Positions 24,187 through 37,500 of a stretch of 64,000 nucleotides of DNA are shown here, one piece after another. The stretch lies in contig NW_024055461.1 of the NCBI RefSeq assembly GCF_902713615.1, positions 1,225,877-1,289,876 on the forward strand, in the 5' to 3' direction. The position numbers were made by a program, and so were the translations under genes. The DNA is from Scyliorhinus canicula. Taxonomy: Eukaryota. Every line of letters begins with the position of its first letter. The stretch's first letter is position 1. Under the pieces are notes generated by a model. The model worked only from the letters and a program-made list of their open reading frames with translations, was not told where the DNA came from and searched no databases.

Positions 24187-24287
24187 GTATTTAGTATCTT
24201 GAAAATAAAATTCCATCTTTCTTTCTTTCTTTTTCTCTTTTTTTCTATCTTTTTTTCTATCTATCTATCTATCTCACGGGGCCTCAC

Positions 24288-24628
24288 GGTAGCATTGGGG
24301 CCTCACGGTAGCATGGTGGTTAGCATCAATGCTTCACAGCTCCAGGGTCCCAGGTTCGATTCCCAGCTGGGTCACTGTCTGTGTGGAGTCTGCAAGTCCT
24401 CCCCGTGTGTGCGTGGGTTTCCTCCGGGTGCTCCGGTTTCCTCCCACAGTCCAAAGATGTGCGGGTTAGGTGGATTGGCCATGCTAAATTGCCCGTAGTG
24501 TAAGGTTAATGGGGGGATTGTTGGGTAATGGGTATAGGGTGGATACGTGGGTTTAAGTAGGGTGATCATTGCTCGGCACAACATCGAGGGCCGAAGGGCC
24601 TGTTCTCTGCTGTGCTGTTCTATCTATC
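24288..24628 (+). mobile_element. Full-length V-SINE (HE1-like) with CR1-type tail
   Basis: A/B-box head, V-domain gtttcctccgggtgctccggtttcctcccacagtccaaagatgtgc, tail gggccgaagggcctgtt. Confidence 0.9.
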
Positions 24629-24639
24629 TTTTAGACACC

Positions 24640-25250
24640 CTTTATTGTTTGATTCATTTACGGGACATGGGGCCATTGATTGGGTCAGCAATAATGGCCC
24701 ATTCCTAGTTGCCATTCAGAAGGTGGCGGTGAGCTGCCTTCTTGAATCGCTGAAGTCTCTGATATGCAGTTACACCCATACTCGTATTAGCGAGAGAACT
24801 CCAATATTTTCACCCAACCACAGTGAAGGAACTGTGATATATTTGCAAGTCAAGATGGTAAGAGACTTGGAGAGGAACCTCCAGATGGCATTAATCCAAA
24901 GTATCTGCTACTCTTGTCCTTGTTGGTAGTTGTTGCCATTGGTCTGGTAGGTGCTGAATATGAAACCTTGATTAGTTCCAACAGTAAATCTTGTGGATGG
25001 CAACAATCAAGCGACTGATATTTCCTGGATGGTGTAAAGCTTCTTGAGGTTTGTTGAAGCTGCACTCCAGACAAGTGGAGAGTATTCCATTACACTTCTG
25101 ACTTTTGTCTTGCAAATGATGGACAGGCTTTGGGCAATCGGGATGTGAGTTACTCGCCACAGGATTCCTACCCTTTGAACTGCTCTGGCAGCCACAGCAT
25201 TCGTCTGGCTTGTCCAGTTCAGTTTCCGGTCAATGACAACCCCCAGGATG
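24640..25250 (-). mobile_element. CR1/L2-group LINE 3' fragment
   Basis: Reverse-oriented relative of 17240-18178. Confidence 0.65.
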
Positions 25251-25374
25251 TTGATTGTGCGGTAATCAATGAAACTAAATCTGATGCACTATTCTGTGGG
25301 GTAGGAACGTTTGTTATACAAAGTGAGACACAGAAGACTTCAGCCGTGAATGAAACAGTAACAAAATAATATCA

Positions 25375-27468
25375 GAGAGTGGACGTCACATAGTATAAAA
25401 GGAAGGACGGCAGGAAGAGGGAAATCGACCGTGGATATCTAAGGAAATAAGTGAGAGTATCAAATTGAAGGAAAAGGCATAGAAAGTGGCAAAGATTAGT
25501 GGGAGACTAGAGGACTGGAAAATCTTTCGGGGGCAACGGAATGCTACTAAAAAAGCTATAAAGAAGAGTAAGATAGATTATGAGAGTAAACTTGCTCAGA
25601 ATATGGAAACAGACAGTAAAAGTGTCTTCAAATATATAAAACAAAAAAGAGTGGCTAAGGTAAATATTGGTCCTTTGGAGGATGAGAAGGGAGTTTTAAT
25701 AATGGGAGATGGGGAAATGGCTGAGGAACTGAACTGTTTTTTTGGGACGGTCTTCACAGTGGAAGACACAAATAACATGCCAGTGACTGATGGAAATGAG
25801 GCTATTGCAGGTGAGGACATGAAGATTATTGTTATCACTAAGTAAGTAGTGATGGCAAGCTAATGGAGCTAAAGGTAGACAAGTCTCCTGCCCTGGTGGA
25901 ATGCATCCCAGAGTGCTAAAATAGATGGCTAGGGAAATTGCAAATGCACTAGTGATAATTTATCAAAATTGACGAGACTCTGGGGTGGCCCCGGCGGATT
26001 GGAAATTAGCAAACGTGACAGCACTGTTTAAAAATGTAGGTAGTCAGGGAGCGGGTAATTATAGGTCAGTTAGCCGAACTTCGGTCGTAGGGAAGATGCT
26101 GGAATCTATCATCAAGGAAGAAATAGCGAGGCATCTGGATGGAAATTGTCCCATTGGGCAGACGCAGCATGGGTTCATAAAAAGAAAGTTGTTCCTAACT
26201 AATTTAGTGGAATTTTTTGAGGGCATTACCAGTGCGGTAGATAACGGCGAGCCAATGGATGTGGTATATCTGGATTTCCAGAAAGCCTTTGACAAGGTGC
26301 CACACAAAAGAGATCTGCATCAGATAAAGATGCATGGCATTAAGGGTAAAGTAGTAGCATGGATAGAGGATTGATTAATTAATAGAAAGCAAAGAATGGG
26401 GACTAATGGGTGTTTCACTGGTTGGCAATCAGTAGCTAGTGGTGTCCCTCAGGGTTCAGCATTGGGCCCACAATTGTTCACAATTTGCATAGATAATTTG
26501 GAGTTGGGGGACCATGGGCAATGTGTCCAAGATTGCAGACGACACTAAGATGAGTGGTAAAGCAAAAGGTGCAGAGGATACCGGAAATCTGCAGAGGGAT
26601 TTGGATAGGTTAAGTGAATGGGCTAGGGTCTGGCAGATGGAATACGATGTTGACAAATGTGAGGTTATCCATTTTGGTAGGAATAATACCAAAGGGGATT
26701 ATTATTTAAACAATAAAATATTAAAACATGCCGCTGTGCAGAGAGACCTGGGTGTGCTCGTGCATGAGTCGCAAAACGTTGGTTTACAGGTGCAACAGGT
26801 GATTAAGAAGGCAAATTAAATTTTGTCCTTCATTGCTAGAGAGATGGAGTTTAAGACTAGGGAGTTTATGCTTCAATTGTATAATGTGTTAGTGAGGCCA
26901 CACCTGGAGTATTGTGTTCAGTTTTGGTCTCCTTACCTGAGAAAGGACGAATTGGCGCTGGAGGGTATGCAGAGGAGATTCACTAGGTCAATCCCAGAGT
27001 TGAAGGGGTTGGATTACGAGGAGAGGTTGAGTATACTGGGACTGTACTCGTTGGAATTTAGAAGGATGCGGGGGATCTTATAGAAACATAGAAATTATGA
27101 AGGGAATAGATAGGATAGATGCGGGCAGGTTGTTTCCACTGGCGGGTGAAAGCAGAACTAGGGTGCATGGCCTCAAAATAAGAGGAAGTAGATTTAGGAC
27201 TGTGTTTAGGAGGAACTTCTTCACCCAAGGGTTGAGAATCTATGGAATTCCTTGCCCGGTGAAGCAGTTGAGGCTCCTTCATTAAATGTTTTTAAGATAA
27301 TGATAGATCGTTTTTTGAAGAATAAATGGGTTAAGGGTTATGGTGCTCGGGCCGGAAAATGGAGCTGAGTCCAAAAAAGATCAGCCATGATCTCATTGAA
27401 TGGCGGAGCAGGCTCGAGGGGCCAGATGGCCTACTCCTGCTCCTAGTTCTTATGTTCTTACGTTCTTA
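25375..27468 (+). mobile_element. CR1 (HER1-like) LINE, 5'-truncated and degenerate
   Basis: DWKLANVTALFK, NYRSVS..GKMLE, VVYLDFQKAFDKVPH, KIADDTK, LVRPHLEYCVQFWSP; tail (tcttatgt)n. Confidence 0.92.
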
Positions 27469-28329
27469 TAAATGGAGACATGGTTCAATTTTACAAATGC
27501 TTGCAAATTGTCACGGCTAGCATGTCCAGCAGCATGGATTCATGCATCAATTAATTAATCTGCATATACTGTAATTTTAACAGATACAAAGTCTTATGCA
27601 ATAATGATTAAAGAAGAGTCAATTGAAGTAGAGAGTGGTGTTGCTCAGTGCATTTCAGAATGCGACTGCAGCTGTTTGTTAAAAAAGTAAACACAGTCTC
27701 ATGCAGTCATAACTGAGAATGGGCGAATTGTAGTATGTATAGAAACATGGTCCTTCTTATTCAAATGTTAACTGCAGAGAGCATTACATACACAGATATA
27801 ATGCTAAGGGAAAGATAAAACGAAACATGGCCCTGTACAATCATTCCAGGAACAAGACCCAAGGTAATAAAATTTGTTACATGGTTAGGTAGAGTGACAA
27901 CTGAAGCAGGGATGAATGTCATACTACAAAACACAATGTGCAATAAAATATAAATAAAAACATGGTCTAACTACAAGTAAAGTTCAACTAGAGTAATGAT
28001 AGAAGCCACAGAAGCATGATCTAATGTATTAATAACTGGTATATTATCGAAATATGCAAACACTGAGAGAGTCTAATTTAGAGAGAAGTGAGAAAGCACC
28101 TATTTTATTTCAACAATGATCTGAGCAGCGCGGTAATAAATTAGATCCACCCATTGCACGATTAATATTGGCATTGTCTCGCACAGTATAACTAAAACAG
28201 AGTGTAGCGCAACATTTACAGGTACAGAACTGGCATTAAATAAACAGTGCCGGCGGTGTACCGGAATTACTAAAACAGGGCCTTGATCAATACAAGTGGA
28301 GGACAGTGCAGTGCAGTGGAAACCGAGAA

Positions 28330-28520
28330 TTTCCTCCCACAGTCCAGGTTAGGTGGATTGGCCATTCTGAAAGATTTCCCCTGAGTGTGGAAAGATTAGG
28401 TGGGGTTATGGGGATAGGGTGGAGGACTGGTCCTGAATGGGGTGCCGTTGTGGAGGGCCGGTGCAGACTCGATGGGCCGACTGGCCTCCTTCTGCACAGT
28501 CTAAATTCCATGATTCTATG
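28330..28520 (+). mobile_element. V-SINE 3' half
   Basis: tttcctcccacagtcc...gatgggccgactggcctccttctgcac. Confidence 0.7.
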
Positions 28521-28589
28521 AAAAGACCGGGATTCACAATAACTCGGGCAGGGTTCTAATGCAGGGATTACTGTTACAGGGTAAATATT

Positions 28590-28930
28590 CATAAGAGCGG
28601 AGACAGGGCGTTCAGCAATAATTAATGGAGGGGAGTCCAGAATCGAGGTCACAGCCTCAGGATATAGATCAGGAGAAATCTATTGGCCTGGAGTGGTGAG
28701 CCTGTGGAATTCTCTACCACACAAAACAGTTGAGGACAAAACTTTGTATGTTTGCTGGAAGGAATTATATATAGCTCTTGTGGCTATAAGGATCAAAGGA
28801 TATGGAGGGCAAGCGAGAACAGTTTACTGAGTAGGACGATCAGCCATGATTATAATGAATAGAAGGGCAAGTTCAAGGGGCCGAACGGCCTACTCCTTCA
28901 CCTATTGTCTATGCTTCTATACTTCTATGT
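28590..28930 (+). mobile_element. CR1 LINE 3' fragment
   Basis: ctgtggaattctctacc...ggcctactcc...ctatgcttctatacttctatg. Confidence 0.65.
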
Positions 28931-29429
28931 TTCAATGTAATGCAACAAAGCCTAAATTCTATATAAACTGAAGCAGGATCTAGTACAGTAATTCCTGATA
29001 CAGGTTCTAGATTAATATAAACTGAGACAGGGGCGCGTGCAGTGATTTCTGATAGGGTCTAGAGTAATGTAAATTTAGACAGGGTTCTAGACCCACTAAT
29101 TGCTGATAGAGTGTCGAGATTATTATAAAGTGAGACAGATTCTAGTGCCGTAATTATTTGATGCAGTGTCTAGATTAACGTAAACCGTGATAAGGTCTAA
29201 TGCAGTGATTACTGATTCAGGGTATACATTCGGACAAAGCGAGACAGGTTCGATTGGTGGGTCGGCCCAAGATTAATGTTTATCAATGTAGGGCCGAATG
29301 TGGTGTTCACCTTTGCACGCTTGAGATTATATACATTAAGACATATGTGGGTTTTTTCTGAGTGTTTGTGTGTGTGGACATTTTCACACCAAAATCTTGC
29401 AGAAACAGTTCCTTTGTTTTATACACCAA

Positions 29430-29900
29430 TTAATGGGACGGAGTATGGTGAACTTTGCTCTCCACATACTCTGCGTTTTTCGTGCCCTGCAAGTATCTGA
29501 TGGCATGGCGTAGAGGAAGCTTTACTCTCTTCCTTAAGTGTGCTTTACCTGTCCTTCACATGTTAGATGGCGGAAATTGTGGAGGGGGCTTTACTCTGTA
29601 CTGTACCTGTCCTTCGAGTATTTGTGGGGAGATTGTTAAGGGCGTTACTCACGTAACAGAATCTTTACTGTTGGTGCCCTGGGAGTATATAATGCGACAG
29701 GGTCAGGAAGCTTTATTCTTTATCGAAACCTGTGATGCATTGCCATGAGAGTGTTTGGTGGATCAGTGTGCAGGAAGGTTTGCTCTGTATACAAACCTGT
29801 ACTATAACTGAACTGCGATGAATTGACGAAATAGTTCAGACAAGCAGAGCGTTACTAAACCTGTCCTTGGAATTCTGATGGGACGCCAGCGAATGGAAAG
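29430..29900 (+). repeat. Degenerate satellite-like repeat (gggagctttactctgta...ctgtcct motif); related copies near 36190-36330 and 41870-42750
   Basis: Recurrent ctttactctgt, ctgtcct and gtttgatggg blocks. Confidence 0.5.
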
Positions 29901-30189
29901 GCCTGGGACTAATGTCTTAATATCTGTGTCATATTTGAAAAGTGAGCAAAACTGATGCTCATGTGATGAAAGTGGCAGGAGCAGAATGTGTACAAAGTGA
30001 CCAAGGGACAGTTATGAACAATTGTTTCAGATTGGGTGGGGTACAGAGTGCTATTCTCCAGTGGGTAATATTAGCAGCTTTTTCTGTTATATTAATGGAC
30101 AGGACTCGGGACTCGGGTTCACAGGATATGAATTGAAAAGTTTGCATTTGTCCTCCCAAATTGACAATGTAGTAAACAGGGAAGAGGAT

Positions 30190-30660
30190 TACATACATAG
30201 ATACATAGAAGTTAGGGGCACGAGGAGGCCTTTTGGCCCTTCGAGCCTGCTCCGCCATTTATCACGATCATGGCTGATCATCCAACTCAATAGCCTCATC
30301 CTGCTTTCTCCCCATAGCTTTCATCCCATTCTCCCCGAGTGCTATATCTAGCCGCCTGCTTGCATATATTCAATGTTTTTAGGACCCCAACTTTTTTTTC
30401 CTTGGTGAATGAATTCCACAGGCTCACCACTCTTTGGGTGAGAATGTCTCCTTATCTGCTTCTGAAATGGTTTACCTGAATTCCTTCGGACTATGACCCC
30501 TGGTTCTGTCACACACATCGGTCGTAACATCCTTCCCTGCATCTACCACTGTCTAGTCTGCCTATAAGAATTTTATAAAGTCTCTATGAGGATCCCCACT
30601 CATTCTTCTGGCACTCCAGCGCACACAATCCTAACTTAGGCAATCTATCCTCCTATGATA
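30190..30660 (-). mobile_element. CR1 LINE 3' fragment
   Basis: catacatagatacatagaag...cccttcgagcctgctccgcc. Confidence 0.65.
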
Positions 30661-31039
30661 AGTCCTGCGTTCCGTGCTGTTGTAACAAGGATTGCATCCA
30701 GCTAGTCTGCAACAGGTTTTTCATGTACACAGGCAGATATAGTGGCAGATAAAATTCAATACTGAGAAGTGATGCATTTTAAACTAATTTTGCGGGGGGG
30801 GGGTCGTTTGTATGAAAATTGGAAAACCAAAGTTAAAAGAGAAGGGGAGTGCAGGTTATGATCAAGACATAACCGAGTGAAAACGGGCTGAGGGCTCAGG
30901 GGATGTTAGTAAAGTTTCCTGAACACTTGCCAGAGTAGGGTAGTATGGAATAGTGGCAGGTATGCAATCTTCAGGCCACAGCAGAAAACTGGAGAACGAT
31001 GAGAAGGGATGGTCAACGCAGAACTGAGGTGTTTTTTAC

Positions 31040-32795
31040 CGAAATGTGCGGAGTATATGGAACAAGGTAAATTACCTCATTGGACACATTGAAATTGGCC
31101 GGTCCGATGTTGTGGACATCACAGAGACGTGGTTTGCGAAGGGATCAGGGCTGGGATCTAAATATCCAAGGATATGTGTCTTATCGAAAGGACAGGTAGA
31201 TGGGAAAGGTGGCGGGGTTGCATTGTGAGTGAATGAAATTAATTCGATAACAAGAAGCAGTTTAGGGTCAGAAGGCATAGAGTCCCTATGGGCAGAGTTG
31301 ACGAATCGCAAAGGTAAAAAGACACTGATGAGAGTTACGTCAACCCCCGAGCCGTCGTCAGAATGTGGGGCACAAATAAATCAGGAGATATAAAAACGCA
31401 TGTAAGGAGGCAATATTACCATAATCGTGGGGGAGTTCAATATTCAGGAGGGCAGGAAAAGTCAGGTTGGTAGCAAATCCCAAGAAATTAAATTTGTGGA
31501 ATATCGACGAGAAGTTTTTTTCGGAGCAGCTTGTGATCGAGCCCAGTCGGGAACAGGCAATTCTGCATTCGGCGATGTGTAATGAGGTAGACTTGAGGAG
31601 GGAAACTGAAGGCGAAGGAACCCTCACGGGGCAGAGAATTCACCCTGCAGTTTGTGAGGTAGAAGCTGGAATCCAATGTAACGGTATTACAATTGAATAA
31701 AAGGTAACTACAAAGATAAAGGAGGAGCTGGCCAGAGTTGATTGGAAAGGGAGCCCAGCAGGGAAGACAGTGGACAGCAGTGGCAGGACGTTTTTGGGGA
31801 TTATTCGCGAGGCACTGCACAAATTCATCCCAAGGAGGAGGAACCATGCTGAGGGGAGGACAAGGCATCCATGGTTGACAAGGGAAGTTAAGGGACAGCA
31901 TAAAAGCAAAGGTGCAAGCAGGACAATGTGGCGAACATTAATGGGATGCCAGAGGATACGGAAGCCTTTAAAAGCTGATGTAATGTAAAAGCAAATAAAG
32001 ATTTTTATTCTTACTTTTGAACTGAGGGCACTGTTTCTACGTTTTCAGACGATGCAAAGATACATAGAGGGACAGATTGTGCTCAGGAAGCAGAGAGGAT
32101 GTAGAAAGACCTGGTCAGGCTAAGAGAGTGGGCAAAGCAGTAGCAGATAGAATACAATGTAGAAACGTTTGATGTTGTGCACTTTGGAGGAAACATAGAG
32201 TATTCTCTAATTCGGGTAGGGCTTAGGAAATCAGAAACTCAAATGGACTTAGGAATTCTAGTTGAGGACTCTCTTAAGGTTAACATGCAGGATCAGTTGG
32301 CAGCTAGGAAGGCAAATACAATTTTAGCATTCATGTTGCGAGGGCTAGATTACAAGAGCAGGTATATAACTGTTGAGGCTGTGTAAGACTCTGGTCAGAT
32401 ACCATTTGGAATAATGTCAGCAGTTTTGGTCCCCATTTCTAAGGAAGGGTGTGCTGGCCTTGGAGAAGCTACAGAGGAGAATCACAAGACGGACCCTCGG
32501 AATGACGGACTTCTCATAAAAGGAGCGGTTCAGGACTCTGGGTCTGGACTGGATAGAGTTTAGAAGGATGAGGTGCTGTGGGGGGAGGGGACGCGGGGGG
32601 CCGGGGGGGTGGGAGGTCTCATTGAAACTTACAGAATAGCGAGAGGCCTAGTAGGTGAAACTAGAACCCGAGGGCACAGCCTCAGATTTAAGGGACGATC
32701 TTTCAAAACTGAGAAGAGGAGCAATTCATTCAGCCAGAGGGTCTTGAATCTGTGGAACTCATTCCAGCAGAGGGCTGTGGAGGCGAAATCACTGT
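31040..32795 (+). mobile_element. Old CR1 LINE ORF2 relic with internal deletions
   Basis: APE motifs NxRSIxNK, ITETW, GGGVAL; 3' RT relics. Confidence 0.75.
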
Positions 32796-33243
32796 GATTG
32801 AATCTCGTGCAGTGATTGCTGATACAGGGTCTAGATTAACATAGTAAGAAGTCCAGTGTCTTCAAGATAGAGAAAGACAGATTATTGATTAATAAGGGGA
32901 CCAGGGATTGTGGGGAGAAGGCAGGGAGAATGGCGATTAGAACATAACAGTCATGATTGAATGCAGAGCAGGCTCGATGGACCGAAAGGCCGGGTTCTGC
33001 TGCTTGTGTCTTATGGTTGTATGGTCGGAAGACCATCTATGGACAATCTTAGAATAGATAGGTGCTAGATTGCCATCGCAGATATGGTGGGTGGAAGGGC
33101 ATCTTTCTATACTGTACAACGCTCAGACCTCCATGACTCTATGACAGGGTCTAAAGCAATGATCACTCACACAGTGTTTAGATTAACCTAAATTGAGATT
33201 GAATCTCGTGCAGTGATTGCTGATACAGGGTCTAGATTAACAT

Positions 33244-33468
33244 AGTAAGAAGTTTTACAACATCAGGTGAAAGTTCGACAGGTTTGTTACAATCACTAGC
33301 TTTCGGAGCGCAGCTCCTTCCTCAGGTGAATGTACACCTGAGTAATTCTCCTGAGGACAGGAGCAGTGCTCCGAAGCTAGCGTTTTTAACAAAGTGTTGG
33401 ACTTTACCTGGTGATGTAAGACTTCTTACTGTGCTCACCCCAGTCCAACGCCGGCATCTCCACATCAT
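33244..33468. mobile_element. 225-bp palindromic Penelope-derived mini-element with 10-bp TSD
   Basis: TSD agattaacat at 33234-33243 and 33469-33478; termini agtaagaag... and ...ctccacatcat. Confidence 0.85.
33293..33329 (-). ncRNA. Minimal type I hammerhead ribozyme motif
   Basis: TCAC-CTGAGGA-AGGAGC-TGC-GCTCC-GAA-AGCT-A-GTGA. Confidence 0.65.
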
Positions 33469-36400
33469 AGATTAACATAAACCGAGACAGGTTCTAGTGC
33501 AGTGATTACTGATACAAAGTTTGATTAACCTTAAATGAGGTAGGATCTAAAGCAGCGATTATTGATGCAGGATCTAGAATATATAAACTGAGGCAGGGTC
33601 CATTGCAGTCATTCCTGGTCAGGGTCTGGCTTAATATATGTGAGAAGAGTTATTCGGCCAGATGATTAAAAACGTGATCGACGAGGCAGGTTATAGGATG
33701 ATTTAATAAGGGAATTGAGGTAAAGAGGAAGTAGGGAATGAATACCAGCGCTTAGGGCCGAGACGCAGGAAGACATCGCAAAGTGAACCAAATAATTCTG
33801 AAGATAACAATAGGTCTTGATCAATTGGAGTTGCAAAATTAAGAAAAAGGTTTCATATGTACACCTGTACGAAACAGTCAATATGTTTTTTGCAGCGATT
33901 TTAATTTTTCTTCTTAACCAGATGAGTGTTGTATGATTGAGTGGACATTTCTCCTATGGGTGCCCACAATTACCATCGTGGCCATACTGTGAGAACACGG
34001 TTCTGTCTAACTCTGCCAGTGCATCAGGTGATTGGTTAATATAAATCGAGGCAGGAAAATAATCATCATCGTGAAAAAAACGTTCCAATCGATAGAGTGT
34101 AACACAAGAGTAAATTCATCATTTTGAACAAAACAGAGATTTCCACTAAATTTTGGAAATTGCAGTGCATCGGTGTTCATACGTAGGCCTGTCCCTCAAG
34201 ACCAGCTCATTCCTGGGATGTTGGGTAAAATATTCAACTCAATATTGCCCACATAATAGCAGAGCAAATACACATGCAATGCAACTACTTAGAGATATTA
34301 ACAAGAATTAACATAATCTCAAAATCAACGATGATTGTACTTGGAGATGCAAGCAAACATATTCAATCATTTATAACATCGAGAGGCAACAGGAACATGG
34401 TCCGGTGTAATATAAACAGAGACAGGCCCTGGTGTGATGTAAATATATAAATTCCTGTGGAATATAAAAGAGGCGGTACTTAATGTAATATAATCCTATG
34501 CATGTTATAGCGTATTATTAATTGAGTGTAGCCAAACAGAAGAATATAGTATAGGACAGGGCAGGGTTACTTTAATAGAAATAAAGACAGGGTCTCATTC
34601 AACATGAGAAGAAATCGATTTCATGTAATACAGTGACATAGAAAATAGAGCAGGAGTAGATCATTCTGCTCGTCAAGCCTGCTCCGCTATTCATCTCTGA
34701 TCATGGCTGATCATCCACCTCAGTATCCTGTCCCACTTTCCCCGATATCATTTGATCCCTTCAGAGTTTTGATCCCCAAGAGCTTTATCTAACTCCTTCT
34801 AGAAAACATACAATACTTTGGACTTAACTTCGTTCTGTGGTAGAGAATTCCACAGGTTCACGACTCCCAGGGTGAAAATATTGCTCCTCATCTCAGTCCT
34901 AAATGGTTTACCTCGTATCTTAGACCTCGTTCTGGCTTCCCTGCCATCGGAACATTGATTAATTAGGAAACCGTCCTGATTTTGCCAGTGAGGGTCAGAT
35001 GCCGATAATGAATTTTAAAAACTGCAAAGTGCTGCAAATTCCGGAAATCTGAAACACAAACAAAAAGAGCTCAGCAGATCAGTGAGCATCAGCAGAGAGA
35101 GAAACAGATTCACATTTCAGGTGGACTACCTCATTGACATAATTCAAAAGAGTAGAGCTGATTTTCCCAGTGTCCTCGACCAATGTCCGTTCTTCATCTA
35201 AAATCACAGATTAGTTGGTAACTTATCACATCTCAGTTTGTTGGAGCTTGCTGTTCGCAAATTCCCTGCTCTGTTTCCAACACTACAGCAGTGACTAAAT
35301 TCAGCAAAAATATATCAGTGAGTTTTAAGGGCTTTGGGATGACCTGAGGTCGGGTAAAGCGTTTTACAAAAACAAGCTTTTTCCAAATGTTAACATTTTA
35401 AATGTAAGTTTATATGTTGAAATATCTGAGAATTGATGTGACTGTCCTCTGCCTGATGTTTGAATTCATCTACTTTAAATCGGTTAATATTTCAATCAAA
35501 TTAACATTCAGTGGAATAACAGCCTGGTTAAAGATGCTTTATTAATTGAGGCATCAGAACTTTCAGAAAGAATACTTAATTTAAACGTATTTTTTATTTC
35601 AATTAAGTAACAGCTGTTTCTAATGGAAGTTTGCTATACATTTTATTATACTGTCAATATGCTTAAAATAAACTGCTATTTTGAGTTGAAACTAATCAAT
35701 GCATGAATGTGTTTATCTCGTTTTGCTGACATGAACACTTCATTGTGACCAGTGAGGTGTTTATGTAAATAAACACAGAAATAGAAGTGCCAGATTAGAT
35801 TGTGGACTGACATTATCACAACATCTATATCCCCACCGACACAGCACAGAAATAGAGATAAAGATGTAAATAGAACAACGGATTCCAGTAGTAGTTGTTT
35901 TTGGACATTTGTCTCTTCATCAGTTATATGAGAAAAATGCCATGATGATATCCATGTTCAGAATTAGCAAAGATTCCCTCCAATCTCGAAATATAATGAC
36001 AAGCGAAATGTGTTCATAGAGTTTTCCTGAATCTGATATATGTACCTTTCTCCTAACTGGTTCTGTCTCATGTCTCTCCACGATGGGTCATTGTTTTTAT
36101 TCGACAACTTGAAGTCAACATGCGCCCAATATATTCTCTCAGCCTAAACTCACCCCATTGGTTTCCAACTAAATGTATCGAATCTAATGAATTGGAATAC
36201 ATAGAGGGGGTTTTACTCTAAAATGGTGGTTGGAGCATTCAATTACCCTGTAGTGTTTAATGAGAACTGTAGAGAACATTTACTCTGTATCTAACCTGAG
36301 CTGCACAGAGTAGTGAGGATTTGATGTGGCAGTGACAAAGGATCGTTCCCTATATCGAACGGGCTGACAGAGATAGATAGTTTCTTGATTAATAAGGGGA

Positions 36401-36704
36401 TCAGGGGTTATGGTGAGAAGGCAGGAGATAGGCTATTAGAAACATAACAGTCATGATTGAATGCGGAGCACACTCTATAGGCCAAATGGTCTAATTCTGC
36501 ACCTGTGTCATATGGGTTTATGGTATAAAGCCCATCTATTGACGATCTTAAAATAGATAGGTACCTGATTGCCATCGCAAATATGGTGGGTGAAGGGCAT
36601 CTTCCTGTATTGTAAACCTCTAACTTTTCATGACTCTATGACAAGGTCTAAAATTATTATCACTCATACAGGGTGGCAATTAACCTAAACTAATCTAATA
36701 TTTT

Positions 36705-36950
36705 TTTTGCCACAAGGTAGCTGACATTAGCACTGCAATGAAGTCACTGTAAAAAGTTCCTAGTCGCCATATTCCGGTGCCTGTTCGGGTACACAGAGGG
36801 AGAATTCAGAATGCCCAAATTACCTAACAGCACATCTTTCGGACTTGTGGAGGAAACCGGAGCACCTGATGGAAACACACACAGACACGTTGAGAACGTG
36901 CAGACTGCTCACAGACTGGAACTCTGGCGCTGTGAAGTAACAGTGCTGCT
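36705..36950 (-). mobile_element. V-SINE-type element
   Basis: ggaaaccggagcacc...gaacgtgcagact...aacagtgct. Confidence 0.7.
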
Positions 36951-37174
36951 GAGATTGGACCTATTGAAGTGATTACTGATGCAGGGTCTAGACTAACATA
37001 AACCCAGACAGGCTCTCGTGCAGTAATTACTGATACAAAGGTTGATTACCCTTATATGATATAGGTTAAAGAGCAGTGATTATTGTTTCAGGGTTTGGAA
37101 TATTATAAGCAGGGGTAGGGTCTATTTTAGTCATTCCTGCTGTAGGATCTGGATTAATATATGTGCAAATATAT

Positions 37175-37500
37175 GGGCAACACGGTAGCATTGTGGATAG
37201 CACAATCGCTTCACAGCTCCAGGGTCCCAGGTTCGATTCCGGTTTGGGTCACTCTCTGTGTGGAGTCTGCATATCCTCCCCATGTGTGCGTGGGTTTCCT
37301 CCGGGTACTCCGGTTTCCTCCCACAGTACAAAGATGTGCAGGTTAGGTGGATTGGCCATGCTAAATTGCCCTTAGTGTTGGGTGGGGTTACTCGGATATG
37401 GGGATAGGGTGGAGGTGTTGACCTTGGGTAGGATGCTCTTTCCAAGAGCCGGTGCAGAGTCGATGGGCCGAATGGCCTCTTTCTGCACTGTAAATTCTAT
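37175..37500 (+). mobile_element. Full-length V-SINE (HE1-like)
   Basis: gggcaacacggtagc...gatgggccgaatggcctc. Confidence 0.88.

Larger units (their letters stand above)
32860..36340 (+). repeat. Old segmental duplication, copy A
   Basis: Colinear with 36360-42010, e.g. 33650 vs 37510 and 35020 vs 40710. Confidence 0.85.
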
